Shown one piece after another: positions 1-10,596 of a DNA stretch of 64,000 nucleotides. Made by a program: the position numbers and the translations under genes. How positions within the stretch are numbered: the stretch's first letter is position 1; the number at the start of each line of letters is the position of its first letter. Origin of the DNA: Candidatus Acidiferrum sp. (lineage in GTDB: Bacteria; Acidobacteriota; Terriglobia; Acidiferrales; UBA7541); contig DASSGJ010000055.1 of NCBI GenBank assembly GCA_035693545.1, positions 45,160 to 109,159 on the forward strand, given 5' to 3'. Below the pieces are notes generated by a model, which made no database searches, was not told the origin of the DNA, and worked only from the letters and a program-made list of their open reading frames with translations.

Positions 1-1
1 C

Positions 2-1960
2 TATAGTTACTCACCCTCTAGCCTCATACAGCGCGGGAGTTTCTCTGGGGGAAGTTTAAGTGTTGTAACACCGTCTAAAATCAAGCCACAAACCGCAACG
101 GTGGGTTCTACATGGGCAGTCTCTCAAACGGTTGTGAACGATGTCCGCTTCAACTACAGTAGATTTTCAGCTGGTAGCTATTCTTACGCTGACGACTTCG
201 GCGGGGCAGTCCCGCTGCCGTCTCTTCCTGTACCTAGTCCGTTTGGCAGCCAAAATAGTGAATTCGCCTTCCTCGTGATAGGGGTCGATAACCTCGGTCC
301 AGTCTTGGGCGTACAGGGGAGAAATATACAAAGACAATTTAATCTAGTCGACAGTGTGGCCGTCCAGAAAGGCACGCACGCCTTAAAGTTCGGCGCTGAT
401 TTTCGTCGGTTGTCCCCACTTTACGGCAACCCCGAATACTTTCAAGAGATCCTCTTTCTCGGTGTGGCAAAGGCTGAGGCCGCGCAACCGTTAGCGAGCT
501 TTGTTGCTTCAACACGGCAAGCGGCCCTCTTATTCCGCAATTTAGGGGCATTCGCGCAAGATACGTGGCGGGTAACTCCTCGACTGACACTTACCTATGG
601 ACTGCGCTGGGACCTAGACGTTGCGCCGTCCTCAACCCCCGGTTTAGCAGCAGTAACCGGATTCAATCAGAACGACTTGTCCGGCCTGGCTCTGGCGCCG
701 GGAGGAACCCCGGCATTTAAGACCACCTACGGTCATTTTGCACCGCGGCTCGGTTTAGCGTATCAAGCCCGAAGAAACCAAAATTGGCAGACCGTCTTTC
801 GCGGTGGGTTTGGCATGTTCAATGATCTAGCCAGTTCAGAACTGGGTAATCTAATTTACTTCTACTATTATCCATTCGGAGCGCTGAAAACCGTGCCCGG
901 CGGCACTTTTCCGCTGAGCCAGTCCGATGCGGCACCTCCTGCGATTACAACCGCTGGGATAAGTTCGGGCGCAGGCTTTTTCGGTTTTGACCCCAATCTA
1001 ACGCTGCCTTACGTGCTCGAATGGAACGCGGCCTTTGAGCAAGGTTTGGGAGCCAATCAAACGATCTCAGCGTCTTACATCGGTTCCGTGGGGCGCCGAC
1101 AGATCCGGACAATAAGCGTCAATAACCCTAACCAGAATTTCGCTCAAGCCACGCTGGCAACAAATGCGGGTTCATCCAACTACAACGCCCTCCAGATTCA
1201 ATTTCAAAGACGGCTGTCGCGTGGGCTTCAGGGGCTGGCGTCCTACACGTGGTCGCATTCAATCGACGATGCTTCAGCAGGAGATGCTTTCGACAGTGCG
1301 CTGTTGAGCGGAGCAGTGAGCTCGAATCGCGCTTCCTCAGATTTCGACATTCGACACTCGTTTTCTGCTGGTGTGACATACGACCTCCAAATTCCCCGGA
1401 TGAACCCCATTGGGAATGCTCTCCTCCGTGGCTGGTCGCTCCAGAGTTTTGTAATTGCTCGTACTGCTCTTCCTGTAACAATTACAGATGGCTTCGCGCC
1501 GATAAGGAACAATTCGATTCAGCCGCGGGCGGATCTGGTTCTAGGACAACCGCTTTACTTGCATGGGTCAGAATACCCAGGGGGAAAAGCCTTCAATCCA
1601 GGCGCGTTCGCGAGCCCGCCCGTAGATCCGACCACTGGCAACCTCCTCCGACAAGGTACGGTACCCAGAAACTTTCTGAGAGCGTTTGGTGCGGCTCAGT
1701 GGGACCTCGCCGTTCATCGCGACTTTCCAATTCGCGAAGACTTAAAGTTACAGTTTCGCGCTGAGATGTTTAATGTCCTCAATCATCCCAACTTTGCCCC
1801 TCCAGTTTCCGATATCACCAATGTCGCGCAGTTCGGACGCTCAATCCAGACACTGGGAGACTACCTCGCGGGCGCCAGCGGCGGCGGGCAGGGGTTGAGT
1901 TCTATTTATCAGATTGGCGGACCGAGATCGATGCAATTTGCGCTGAAACTGAGTTTTTGA
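2..1960 (+). CDS. TonB-dependent receptor (Oar-like), 5'-truncated by window edge; module 0
   Basis: Frame is open from position 2. Barrel motifs FAQDTWRVTPRLTLTYGLRWD, FAPRLGLAY and LQFRAEMFNVLNHPNF; C-terminus GGPRSMQFALKLSF ends in Phe. Confidence 0.9.
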   Translation, partial: YSYSPSSLIQRGSFSGGSLSVVTPSKIKPQTATVGSTWAVSQTVVNDVRFNYSRFSAGSYSYADDFGGAVPLPSLPVPSPFGSQNSEFAFLVIGVDNLGPVLGVQGRNIQRQFNLVDSVAVQKGTHALKFGADFRRLSPLYGNPEYFQEILFLGVAKAEAAQPLASFVASTRQAALLFRNLGAFAQDTWRVTPRLTLTYGLRWDLDVAPSSTPGLAAVTGFNQNDLSGLALAPGGTPAFKTTYGHFAPRLGLAYQARRNQNWQTVFRGGFGMFNDLASSELGNLIYFYYYPFGALKTVPGGTFPLSQSDAAPPAITTAGISSGAGFFGFDPNLTLPYVLEWNAAFEQGLGANQTISASYIGSVGRRQIRTISVNNPNQNFAQATLATNAGSSNYNALQIQFQRRLSRGLQGLASYTWSHSIDDASAGDAFDSALLSGAVSSNRASSDFDIRHSFSAGVTYDLQIPRMNPIGNALLRGWSLQSFVIARTALPVTITDGFAPIRNNSIQPRADLVLGQPLYLHGSEYPGGKAFNPGAFASPPVDPTTGNLLRQGTVPRNFLRAFGAAQWDLAVHRDFPIREDLKLQFRAEMFNVLNHPNFAPPVSDITNVAQFGRSIQTLGDYLAGASGGGQGLSSIYQIGGPRSMQFALKLSF

Positions 1961-4443
1961 GTGCCTTCCTGTTTTTACCTCATTGCCGGGAGAGTGTCGT
2001 GCTAACCAATCGAACTTACTGTGCTTTTGCTGTGGCAACAGCCATCTGGCTACTTGGAGTAATGCCTCCTCTGTGGAGCAGGGAAGGCGGTCAGCGCCCG
2101 TTTACGGTCAAGGATACAGTTGAATTCTCCCACATCGTGGATTTCCGCATTTCGGAGGAGAGCAGCCGTGTGCCGGGTCCGGTCGTCTCCCCAGATGGCA
2201 AGCATTTCTTGCTAGTAACGACGAGAGGCATCCTCTCAAGCAATAAAACCGAGTCGACAATATGGCTTTTCGATCGAGACGCCGTCGCAAGGTTCGTCTC
2301 GAAAAGCACGGCAGCAAAGCCAATTCCTAAGTCTATCGCATCCGTCGCTGCAACATCGAACATGCCGGTTTTGTCGGGAGTTCGCTGGTTAGAAGACTCC
2401 AAGAGGATCGCATTCCTAGGCATGAACGACAGCCCGTATCAGAGGCTGTTTATCGCTGATACTGGCTCTGGCATCGTGCAACCAGTTACCGATGATCATA
2501 TGTACGTCTCAAGTTACGACATCAGTGGTGACACGATTGCTTATACGGTTGTAAACACAGAGCGGCCCGGACCTGAGTTAGATCAACCCTTTATTTCCGC
2601 CAGAGGCAAGGGTATTTGGTCGCTTTTGTACCCTGAGCCACCGAAGCTCGAGGACGTGGAGCGTGGCGACCTGAACTATACAACGGCGTTGCATATAATC
2701 AGGAAGGGACAAGAAACTACGTCCTTCAGCTTACGTGGTAATCCATTGACGATTTATCCGCCAGCTTGGTCGCTTGCTCCCCCCTTATCCCTTTCTCCGG
2801 ACGGCAAGTTCTTGATAACGGTTGCTCCTGCGGATCACATTCCTTCGAGCTGGGGCGAATATGAGCCATGGGACCGAGCATTTATGGATCGGCTCAAACC
2901 GGGCGACCAGCGGCTTCTCGCGGCCGACAATCCGTACAAGCCGTTGCAGTTTGTAGTAATCGACGTGCAAGCGGGGCAAGCATGGCCCTTGGTTGACGCA
3001 CCTATCGGACGAAACCTCGGTCACATTGTGCCAGTCAAGGCCTTTTGGCTTGGCGATAGTCGTAGAGCTGTCCTGACAAACACATTTATTCCTGAGAACG
3101 TGGCGAGTGGTCAATCTGGAGACATACAACGAAGAACGAATCCGGGCGTTATTCTCGTTGAGGTAGCCGATCGCAAACTACAACTCGTTACGTATTTCCA
3201 TGCATCACCGCAAGGTGCGGCGGAACACGATTCAGTTGAAGACATCTCGTGGGATCCAAGAAGCGACGCACTTACTATAAGGTACAGCAAGGATGCGCAC
3301 GGGCGCTTACTCCCCCCAGAAACGCACCTTCTTCAAGGGGGGCGATGGGTGAAAGATAAGTCTCCTGCCGGAGCGGTCGAGAACAGGAGTTACGGTGGCA
3401 TGGAATTGTCAGTTGATGAGAGCTTCGACCAACGCCCAACACTGGTGGGAAGGCTTCCCGGAGAATCGACTTTCTCTACGATCTGGGATCCTAATCCGCA
3501 GCTCGCGGATATCGCGCTCGGTAAGGTGTCTCTCTATCGGTGGAAAGATGATGAAGGGACTTCGTGGGCAGGCCTTCTAGCTCTTCCGCCAAACTACGAC
3601 AAGAGCCGGCTTTATCCGTTGGTGATTCAAACGCATGGCTATGATCTGAATTCATTTTTTCTCGATGGGATTTTCGCAACTGGGAATCCGGGTAGGGCTC
3701 TGGCTGCGAAGGGAATTGTAGTCCTTCAGATGCAAGACCCAGATACAAAGGACAGATTCACTCCTCGTGACGGGCCCTCCGCTATTAGAGGTTTTGAATC
3801 CGCCATTGAGCAGCTATCTAGGGATCAGTTAATCGATCCCCATCGCGTCGGGGTGATCGGCTTCAGCTACACATGTTTCCACACGCTTTACACCGCTACG
3901 CATCGGCCTCGGCTTTTCATGGCCGCCGCGATCAACGATGGAAACAATTGGAGCTATTCCCAGTACATATTGAGAACCCCAGATGATCCGGACAAGGGAA
4001 TGTGGCAGAGAGTTTCAGAAAAGATGAATGGCGGTGTACCGTGGGGCAATGGTGGCTTGTCCTCTTGGGCGGAGCGTTCGCCGGATTTCAACCTTGACAA
4101 GGTCGAAACACCGCTTCTTATCGCCGCCCATGAAAGGGGCGAGTTGCTCGCGCAATGGGAACCATATGCCGGCCTCAGAAGATTGGGCAAGCCCGTTGAC
4201 ATGTTGTGGCTCAAGCATGAAGACGCGAACCACATTCTAAAGAAGCCGTTGCATAAGTACGTCTCACAGCAATCAACTGCAGACTGGTTCGAGTTTTGGC
4301 TGACCGGGGAAGAACGGACGGAGTCGAACGGAGAACTGGGCGAGACCAAGCAGAGTCTGGCTGGGCAGTATGAGAGGTGGAGAGAATTGAGGAAGATGCG
4401 GGAAGAGAACGAAAAGAAGGCCGCCGAAGCGAAAAGGAATTGA
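1957..4443 (+). CDS. Secreted S9-family serine peptidase (lasso isopeptidase-like); module 0
   Basis: N-terminal hydrophobic signal; SPDG propeller repeats; YPLVIQTHG; nucleophile GFSYTC; His in DANHIL; DWFEFWL. Start may be GTG 1999. Confidence 0.85.
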   Translation: MSAFLFLPHCRESVVLTNRTYCAFAVATAIWLLGVMPPLWSREGGQRPFTVKDTVEFSHIVDFRISEESSRVPGPVVSPDGKHFLLVTTRGILSSNKTESTIWLFDRDAVARFVSKSTAAKPIPKSIASVAATSNMPVLSGVRWLEDSKRIAFLGMNDSPYQRLFIADTGSGIVQPVTDDHMYVSSYDISGDTIAYTVVNTERPGPELDQPFISARGKGIWSLLYPEPPKLEDVERGDLNYTTALHIIRKGQETTSFSLRGNPLTIYPPAWSLAPPLSLSPDGKFLITVAPADHIPSSWGEYEPWDRAFMDRLKPGDQRLLAADNPYKPLQFVVIDVQAGQAWPLVDAPIGRNLGHIVPVKAFWLGDSRRAVLTNTFIPENVASGQSGDIQRRTNPGVILVEVADRKLQLVTYFHASPQGAAEHDSVEDISWDPRSDALTIRYSKDAHGRLLPPETHLLQGGRWVKDKSPAGAVENRSYGGMELSVDESFDQRPTLVGRLPGESTFSTIWDPNPQLADIALGKVSLYRWKDDEGTSWAGLLALPPNYDKSRLYPLVIQTHGYDLNSFFLDGIFATGNPGRALAAKGIVVLQMQDPDTKDRFTPRDGPSAIRGFESAIEQLSRDQLIDPHRVGVIGFSYTCFHTLYTATHRPRLFMAAAINDGNNWSYSQYILRTPDDPDKGMWQRVSEKMNGGVPWGNGGLSSWAERSPDFNLDKVETPLLIAAHERGELLAQWEPYAGLRRLGKPVDMLWLKHEDANHILKKPLHKYVSQQSTADWFEFWLTGEERTESNGELGETKQSLAGQYERWRELRKMREENEKKAAEAKRN

Positions 4444-4491
4444 AGGCGGAACGTAAATAATTGCGTGTCGATGCGGCGGATGTCTTCGTAA

Positions 4492-4557
4492 GATCCGATC
4501 GGTGCGGGTCTCTGAATTGCGTATCCCATACGAGCGCCAAGGTGATTTACGTGCTCA
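4492..4557 (+). repeat. Degenerate copy of 31047-31111 (PAS gene 3' end and asparaginase 5' start)
   Basis: gatccgatcggtgcgggtctctgaattgcgtatcccatacgagcgccaaggtgatttacgtgctca aligns by eye with gacccgattggtgcgggtcactgaattcgtgtcccacatgagcgccacggcgaactacgtcctca. Confidence 0.75.
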
Positions 4558-4598
4558 GAACAGGGGAGGGGCATTTCTATATTCGAGCGAAAGGCCGC

Positions 4599-4700
4599 CT
4601 GGTTTGATTTTTGGCTCAATGGCCGGAAAGACGCCGATCCGGCCAACCGCGAGCAGTGTTCCCTTTGGCGCGAGTTACGCAAAGTCCAATAGCAAGATGA
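4599..4700 (+). pseudogene. Fragment of S9 peptidase C-terminus, similar to 21789-21890
   Basis: Reads WFDFWLNGRKDADPANREQCSLWRELRKVQ* versus WFDFWLNGREEADPAKREQYSRWRELRKLQK in the module 2 peptidase. Confidence 0.8.
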
Positions 4701-4726
4701 GATGAGGACGAAATACCCACCCCAAA

Positions 4727-4972
4727 ATGGCGGGACACGAGCATTCCGGACTGCTGACCTATGAGGTCTGCTTCACAATATTGCGCACGGGTGCGAAGAC
4801 TGCTTCGACCTTCTTTTCCTACGTTTCTTTCGGCCCGTTCTGAATTTGGCGCACAAGATTATTCGGGACCGCCCCGAAGCGGAAGACGTAGTGCAAGAAG
4901 TGTTTCTTGCGATTTATGAACGGCGGGAACGCTTTGATCCGTCAGGTGGCAGTGCGCGGACTTGGGTACTGA
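4727..4972 (+). pseudogene. Truncated, frameshifted ECF sigma factor, paralog of 22959-23597
   Basis: MAGHEHSGLLTYE, frameshift, then LHNIAHGCEDCFDLLFLRFFRPVLNLAHKIIRDRPEAEDVVQEVFLAIYERRERFDPSGGSARTWVL; homology then ends. Confidence 0.85.
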
Positions 4973-5241
4973 CTATAGACACAGAAATCAGCCCGAAGGT
5001 TTCGGAGAAAACTCATCGGGAGATTTTTGCCGCTGCGTATGTGCATGCCAAGTTGTACCAGGCCTGCAAACAAATAAAGTTTGGCTCAGCACGGTAGTTG
5101 CTCTTTCATCTCATAGAGTTCAGTTGTATGTTGTCTCTCACTTGTCGTGGATTGTTCATGCTGGGCAACTGTCCATTGCCGACGCAGATCTCCTTTTGGC
5201 GTCGTCCGCTAATTCGTCGAGCCGGTGCGGGAGAGGTGGAG

Positions 5242-5946
5242 ATGATTTTCTGGAAGCGACCTCGCGGTCTCGAACAATTTCACTCGCACTCCGATGAGGC
5301 TTTGTGCCGCGAAGTCTTGAAAGGAAACCATGAAGCCTTCCTCGTATTGTTCGACCGCTATTGGCAGCAAGTGTTCCGCGTAGCTCATTCGGTGATCCGC
5401 GATCAAGCGGAAGCTGAGGATCTTGCTCAAACGCTGTTTCTCGAAGTCCATACGAGCATGCTTCGGTTCGATGAGCAGAAGGGATCGTTCCGCACCTTGC
5501 TGCTTCGGTATGCGTACACTCGGGCGATTGACCATCGCCGGCGGCTCGAAAGCAGACGGTTCTATTCCAATGTCGAATTCGAGGATGTTAACCCCGCAAT
5601 CCTCGCGGAGGATTCGGCCCTTGCTTCGGGCCTTTCCATGGAGGAGGGAACGCGGCTGATCGAGCAGGCGATGAAGCAGTTGGATGAGAGGCAACGCGCG
5701 ACGGTCGAGGCATATTTCTTCCAGGGGCTTTCTCTTAACGAGATTGCGCATCAGCAAGGCGATTCTTTCGGGAATGTCCGGCATCATCTGTACCGCGGTC
5801 TTGAAAAGATGCGCAAACTCTTCACCGCAAAGGAGCAGGCAGAGGATTCGACGGAACCGGATCGAAGCGCAAGAGCGAGATTACCGCACAGCGTACCCAA
5901 ACGACTCGCTCCGGAGGTGTCAGTTGTCAGAGCACGAACGATTTGA
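5242..5946 (+). CDS. ECF RNA polymerase sigma factor; module 1
   Basis: Region 2 (SDEAL..., EAEDLAQTLFL) and region 4 (GLSLNEIA..GNVRHHLYRGLEKMR). Start chosen at ATG 5242 after GAGGTGGA. Confidence 0.9.
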   Translation: MIFWKRPRGLEQFHSHSDEALCREVLKGNHEAFLVLFDRYWQQVFRVAHSVIRDQAEAEDLAQTLFLEVHTSMLRFDEQKGSFRTLLLRYAYTRAIDHRRRLESRRFYSNVEFEDVNPAILAEDSALASGLSMEEGTRLIEQAMKQLDERQRATVEAYFFQGLSLNEIAHQQGDSFGNVRHHLYRGLEKMRKLFTAKEQAEDSTEPDRSARARLPHSVPKRLAPEVSVVRARTI

Positions 5947-7135
5947 AGAACTCGCGTCCCTAGCGGCGATTGGCGAACTCTCTTCTGAAGAGCAGGAGGA
6001 GTTCCTTCGCCACAAAGCTACCTGCCCCCAATGCCGCGAAATCGTCGCCGAAACCAGTTCCCTCGCGACCACGGCGTTCCTCGCAAGTTCGCCTAACGAC
6101 GAAAATGCAGCTGTCGAAGATGAACGTCATCGCCGGGTACGAGAGCGCATCGCTCACCGCCTTCCCCCGGTTGTTCCCGCCGCTACCACGCGGCGGTATA
6201 AACGTCTCGCCGCGGCGGGGATCGCGGCCGCATTTTTGCTGGGAGTGGGAATTGGGAGTGCCGCAGCAATACGCCGAGTGCGACCGGCAGAAACTACAAA
6301 GAACTCCGTCGGGGTTCCAGTCCAGGCGAAAACTCAACCGCGACCGACGACCGTTGCCGGGCAGAGTGACGGCGAACGCTTGCAGACGGTTGTGGCCGAG
6401 CTCCAAACACAGGTGGAACAGACGCGTGGGGACAATCGCGGGTTGCGCGACAAACTGGCGTTGTCGGATCAACATGCCGCCGAGCTCGAAACCCGGTTGG
6501 ATGAGGTTGAAAAGCAATCAGGCGCACGCACGGAGGAAGTGAGCCAGGCGAAGAATGAATTGAACGCCGCCCGCAGGGAACTATCTCAAGCGAAAGAATC
6601 CATATCTGCGAGCGAGACAACCATCCAATCGTTGCAAAACAAACTGGCCGATCGCGAGGCGCGTTTGACAGAAGTTTCAGCAAGTGTTGAACGTGAGAAA
6701 GAAATGCTCTCGGCGGGGCGCGAAATTCGCGACATTATGGGTGCCCGCGACTTGCACATTGTCGATGTCATCGACAGGGACGGAAAAGGCCGGGCGAGAA
6801 AAGCCTTCGGGAGAGCCTTCTACACGCAAGGAAAGTCGCTCATCTTCTATGCCTTCGATCTGCCGGCAAAGAATACCGCGGACGGAAAGTTCGTGTACGC
6901 CGCCTGGGGAAGCAACAGTAACAACCTGAATAACAAAGCGGCTCACAGCTTGGGAATCTTCTACAACGATGATCAGACGCAGCACCGCTGGGCGATGAAG
7001 TTCGACGATCCAAAGCTTCTCGAAGAGATCGATACCGTCTTTGTAACTTTAGAACCTGTTGGAAAGCCCTTTGCGGCACCCACTGGAAAACCAATTCTCG
7101 AGGCCTACTTCGGTACACCTCCCAACCATCCGTAG
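5924..7135 (+). CDS. Anti-sigma factor (zf-HC2, TM, coiled coil, RskA-like C-terminal domain); module 1
   Basis: HKATCPQC zinc motif, TM LAAAGIAAAFLLGVGIG, long heptad region, C-terminal VFVTLEP..PTGK..PNHP. TTG start 6 nt after GGAGG, overlapping the sigma gene. Confidence 0.8.
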   Translation: MSEHERFEELASLAAIGELSSEEQEEFLRHKATCPQCREIVAETSSLATTAFLASSPNDENAAVEDERHRRVRERIAHRLPPVVPAATTRRYKRLAAAGIAAAFLLGVGIGSAAAIRRVRPAETTKNSVGVPVQAKTQPRPTTVAGQSDGERLQTVVAELQTQVEQTRGDNRGLRDKLALSDQHAAELETRLDEVEKQSGARTEEVSQAKNELNAARRELSQAKESISASETTIQSLQNKLADREARLTEVSASVEREKEMLSAGREIRDIMGARDLHIVDVIDRDGKGRARKAFGRAFYTQGKSLIFYAFDLPAKNTADGKFVYAAWGSNSNNLNNKAAHSLGIFYNDDQTQHRWAMKFDDPKLLEEIDTVFVTLEPVGKPFAAPTGKPILEAYFGTPPNHP

Positions 7136-7330
7136 GTCCGAAATGCCGTGACTCCCGTGGGAGAACCACTGAGTTGTGGTCCGAGATTGACCAGCCGATA
7201 CGCAATACAACTTAAGACGAGCAGAGACGAACCATTCCGGGGATTCCTCAGAAAATTTTTTCAACAGGGTGACAAAACCAAACGGTACAAAGCGGGTGGC
7301 CGCGTGCGCAATAGAAGCAGAGGAAAAATC

Positions 7331-10300
7331 ATGTCTACTGCCCTGCGAATCATTTCGCTGTTTGCGTTCCTGGCTCTTTGTGTCCTAGCTGGCATTCCCA
7401 CGTTCGGGCAGTCGGAGACGGCCACGCTCAGTGGCGTCATACAGGATCCAAAGGGTGGCGTTGTCCCCGACGTAGAGGTAACTGCCACGCGCATTGAAAC
7501 CGGAGCCGTCGCGACGACCAGGACCAATGGGGCAGGCATTTACTTCTTTACAGGATTGATGCCCGGGCATTATCACTTGACAGTCCGCAAGCCAGGCTTC
7601 AAGGAAATTGCCATCAAGGACTTCGAGCTTCACGTGCAGGACAAGCTGGAACAGAATTTTTCGCTCGAAATAGGCTCAGCTTCGGAGATCGTGACAGTTA
7701 CAGGCGACGCGCTCGGCATCAACACGACGGATGCCACCGTCAAAACTGTTGTAGACCGGCAGTTTGTAAAAGAGCTTCCTCTTAATGGCAGATCATTTCA
7801 AACTCTGTTTCAACTGACGCCGGGGACAGTCATCGCGACGACCAGTTATGCCGAACAGGGCCAGTTCAGCGTCAACGGTCAACGGACCAACGCCAACTAC
7901 TTCCAGGTCGATGGTGTGAGCGCAAACGTCGGTGCGGCAGCCGGAAACTCGCCTGGCCAATCGGTTGGAGGTTCTCTGCCGGCGTTGACGGCGGCAGGCG
8001 GAACTAATGGTGTCGTCTCGGTCGATGCACTGCAGGAGTTCGCCATCCAGACTTCGACCTACGCCCCGGAATTCGGCCGCACACCGGGTGCCCAAGTTGC
8101 GATAACCACCCGGTCGGGCACGAATGACTTTCATGGCGATGTGTTCGAATATCTGCGGAATGACGTGGTGGATGCGAATGACTGGTTCGCGAATCAGTTT
8201 GGACTCAAGAGGCCGCCCCTCCGGCAGAATGATTTTGGTGGTGTCTTCGGCGGGCCTATCTTGAAGGCCAAGACATTCTTCTTCGTTTCGTACGAGGGGC
8301 TTCGGCTCCGGCAGCCGAAGACTACGCTCAGTGATGTTCCTGACTTAGCATCCCGGCAGGCTGCCTCGGCAACAATTGCGCCCTTCTTGAACGCATTCCC
8401 ACTGCCGACCGGACCGGCTGAAGGAAATGGCTTGGCACCAGCAAATTATTCCTATTCTGATCCGTCTCAGTTGGACGCGGGGAGTATTCGCTTAGATCAC
8501 CGGTTCAATCAGGAGCTCACTGGATTCGTTCGATATAACTTCTCTTCGTCTTATTTCAAGCAGAGGAGCGGTGGCGCCGAGGCGCTCTCGAACATTGAAG
8601 TGGTGCCCGTCCGGCTTCACACAGGGACTGCTGGGATGACATGGACCATTGCGCCTTACTTATTCAACGACCTGCGGTTCAATTGGAGCCGGTCTTCGGC
8701 TTCGAGCTCAATTGTGAACGACAATTTTGGCGGTGCCGTGCCGTTGTCGTTATCCAGCGTTCTGCCGAGCGGACTGGATCCGTCCACAAGCGTCTTTGGC
8801 TACGGCTTTGAGAGTGGCAATCTGACCATTCTAGATACCGGCAGAAACGCGTCGAACTTACAACGGCAAGTCAACGTTGTTGACAACCTGTCCTGGCAGG
8901 TCAAATCCCATGTTCTCAAGTTCGGGGTGGACTACCGAAGGCTTACGCCACAGGAGAACTCAGCTAACTATTCGCAGTTTACGATCTTTGGGACTGTAAA
9001 TGACATGCTTAATGCATCGCCACTCGAGGCGATTCTTGCATCGTACGACGGTCCCGTGAGCATCACATACGACAATTATTCTATTTTTGCTCAAGATACC
9101 TGGAGAGCGAGCCATGCCTTGACCGTCACTTATGGTCTGCGTTGGGACTACAATCCTGCTCCCTCTGGGAGTGGCGCAAGTGGGTTGCAGCCTTTGAAAG
9201 TTGTCGGGCTCGATGACCTAGCAACTGTGTCGGTGGTTTCCGCGAACCCTGTGTACAATGCAACGCGCGATAACTTTGCGCCTAGATTGGGCTTGGCGTA
9301 TAACCTTGAGCGCTTGACTCGCTTCCCGGCCGTAGTTCGAACCGGATTTGGGGTCTTTTACGATATGGGTACTGGTCCAACTGGGGACCTGTTCAATCAA
9401 GCTCCGTTCAAACCGATCGAATTCGTGTTTCCATCCACATTCCCCTTGACTCCGGCGGATGCAGCTCGGCCACAACCATCGACTGCCCCTCCTTACAACG
9501 AAATTGTCGCTTTTCCTAACACGCTTCGCCAACCGTATTCCTATCAATGGAATTTGGCCTATGAGCAGTCGTTGGGAACAAACCAAAAGGTCACGGCTTC
9601 TTATGTTGGCTCTGCGGGCCATAGCTTGATCCGGACGGACTTGATCCAGGGAGCTACTCTGAATCCCGACTTTGGGCAGATCTTCTTCATTAATAATCTT
9701 GGATATTCCCACTACAACGCATTTCAATTGCAGTTTGCTCGCCGCCAATCAGCTGGACTGGAGATTCTCGCTTCGTACACATACGCGCACTCGCTGGACA
9801 ACGTATCGCAAGAGTCAGCGCAGAACCCGCCATCCATTCAGGTGCGTCCAGCCCTTGACTATGGGGATTCGGACTTTGATATCCGACATACCGGGTCTGT
9901 TGCAGTTGACTACGAACCGCCGTTCCGGCGCGGGCCCGCATGGATGAGGAAGGTCCTCGGAGGGTGGGGCATTAACACCCTTGTGATTGCTCGGAGCGCG
10001 ACACCGGTCAATGTGACGGTCTTTCAGAACACTGGTTTCGGGTTCAATTCTTACCGGCCAGACGTTGTTTCAGGTTTCCCGTTCTATCTCGATGATCCAG
10101 CGGCGGCCGGCGGTCGTCGCATCAACCCAAAAGCCTTCGCTGTTCCCATCGCCGTTCAGGGGGACTTGGGAAGGAATTCTTTGCGCGGCTATCCCCTATT
10201 TCAGCAGGATCTTAGCCTTCGCAGAAACTTTCATCTGGCAGAGAACGTTAGATTGCAAGCTCGATTTGAGGCATTCAATGTGCTAAATCATCCGAATTTC

Positions 10301-10486
10301 GCCCCACCCAATAGTTCTCTGGGATTCGTATCGAATGGAACCCTCATTCCTAGCTCAAGCTTCGGGCAATCGCAGGCGATGTTCGGAACAGGAGTCAGTT
10401 CAGGCGGTTTGGGGTCGGGATTCAATCCTTTGTACCAGGTAGGAGGACCGCGGTCGCTCCAACTGGCGCTGAAGGTAGAGTTCTAG
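7331..10486 (+). CDS. TonB-dependent receptor with carboxypeptidase-regulatory-like N-domain; module 1
   Basis: Signal peptide; LSGVIQDPKGGVVP; LPLNGRSFQTL; SVDALQEF; TRSGTNDFHG; C-terminal LALKVEF. Confidence 0.92.
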   Translation: MSTALRIISLFAFLALCVLAGIPTFGQSETATLSGVIQDPKGGVVPDVEVTATRIETGAVATTRTNGAGIYFFTGLMPGHYHLTVRKPGFKEIAIKDFELHVQDKLEQNFSLEIGSASEIVTVTGDALGINTTDATVKTVVDRQFVKELPLNGRSFQTLFQLTPGTVIATTSYAEQGQFSVNGQRTNANYFQVDGVSANVGAAAGNSPGQSVGGSLPALTAAGGTNGVVSVDALQEFAIQTSTYAPEFGRTPGAQVAITTRSGTNDFHGDVFEYLRNDVVDANDWFANQFGLKRPPLRQNDFGGVFGGPILKAKTFFFVSYEGLRLRQPKTTLSDVPDLASRQAASATIAPFLNAFPLPTGPAEGNGLAPANYSYSDPSQLDAGSIRLDHRFNQELTGFVRYNFSSSYFKQRSGGAEALSNIEVVPVRLHTGTAGMTWTIAPYLFNDLRFNWSRSSASSSIVNDNFGGAVPLSLSSVLPSGLDPSTSVFGYGFESGNLTILDTGRNASNLQRQVNVVDNLSWQVKSHVLKFGVDYRRLTPQENSANYSQFTIFGTVNDMLNASPLEAILASYDGPVSITYDNYSIFAQDTWRASHALTVTYGLRWDYNPAPSGSGASGLQPLKVVGLDDLATVSVVSANPVYNATRDNFAPRLGLAYNLERLTRFPAVVRTGFGVFYDMGTGPTGDLFNQAPFKPIEFVFPSTFPLTPADAARPQPSTAPPYNEIVAFPNTLRQPYSYQWNLAYEQSLGTNQKVTASYVGSAGHSLIRTDLIQGATLNPDFGQIFFINNLGYSHYNAFQLQFARRQSAGLEILASYTYAHSLDNVSQESAQNPPSIQVRPALDYGDSDFDIRHTGSVAVDYEPPFRRGPAWMRKVLGGWGINTLVIARSATPVNVTVFQNTGFGFNSYRPDVVSGFPFYLDDPAAAGGRRINPKAFAVPIAVQGDLGRNSLRGYPLFQQDLSLRRNFHLAENVRLQARFEAFNVLNHPNFAPPNSSLGFVSNGTLIPSSSFGQSQAMFGTGVSSGGLGSGFNPLYQVGGPRSLQLALKVEF

Positions 10487-10596
10487 CGATGACAAGACGG
10501 CGGATTGCGATTGCACTGTTGATCAGCAGTAGGATAGGAGATAAATGTTAGACGTTCACAGGATAGTGATACGAATTGCTGCTTTGGTGAGCAGCT

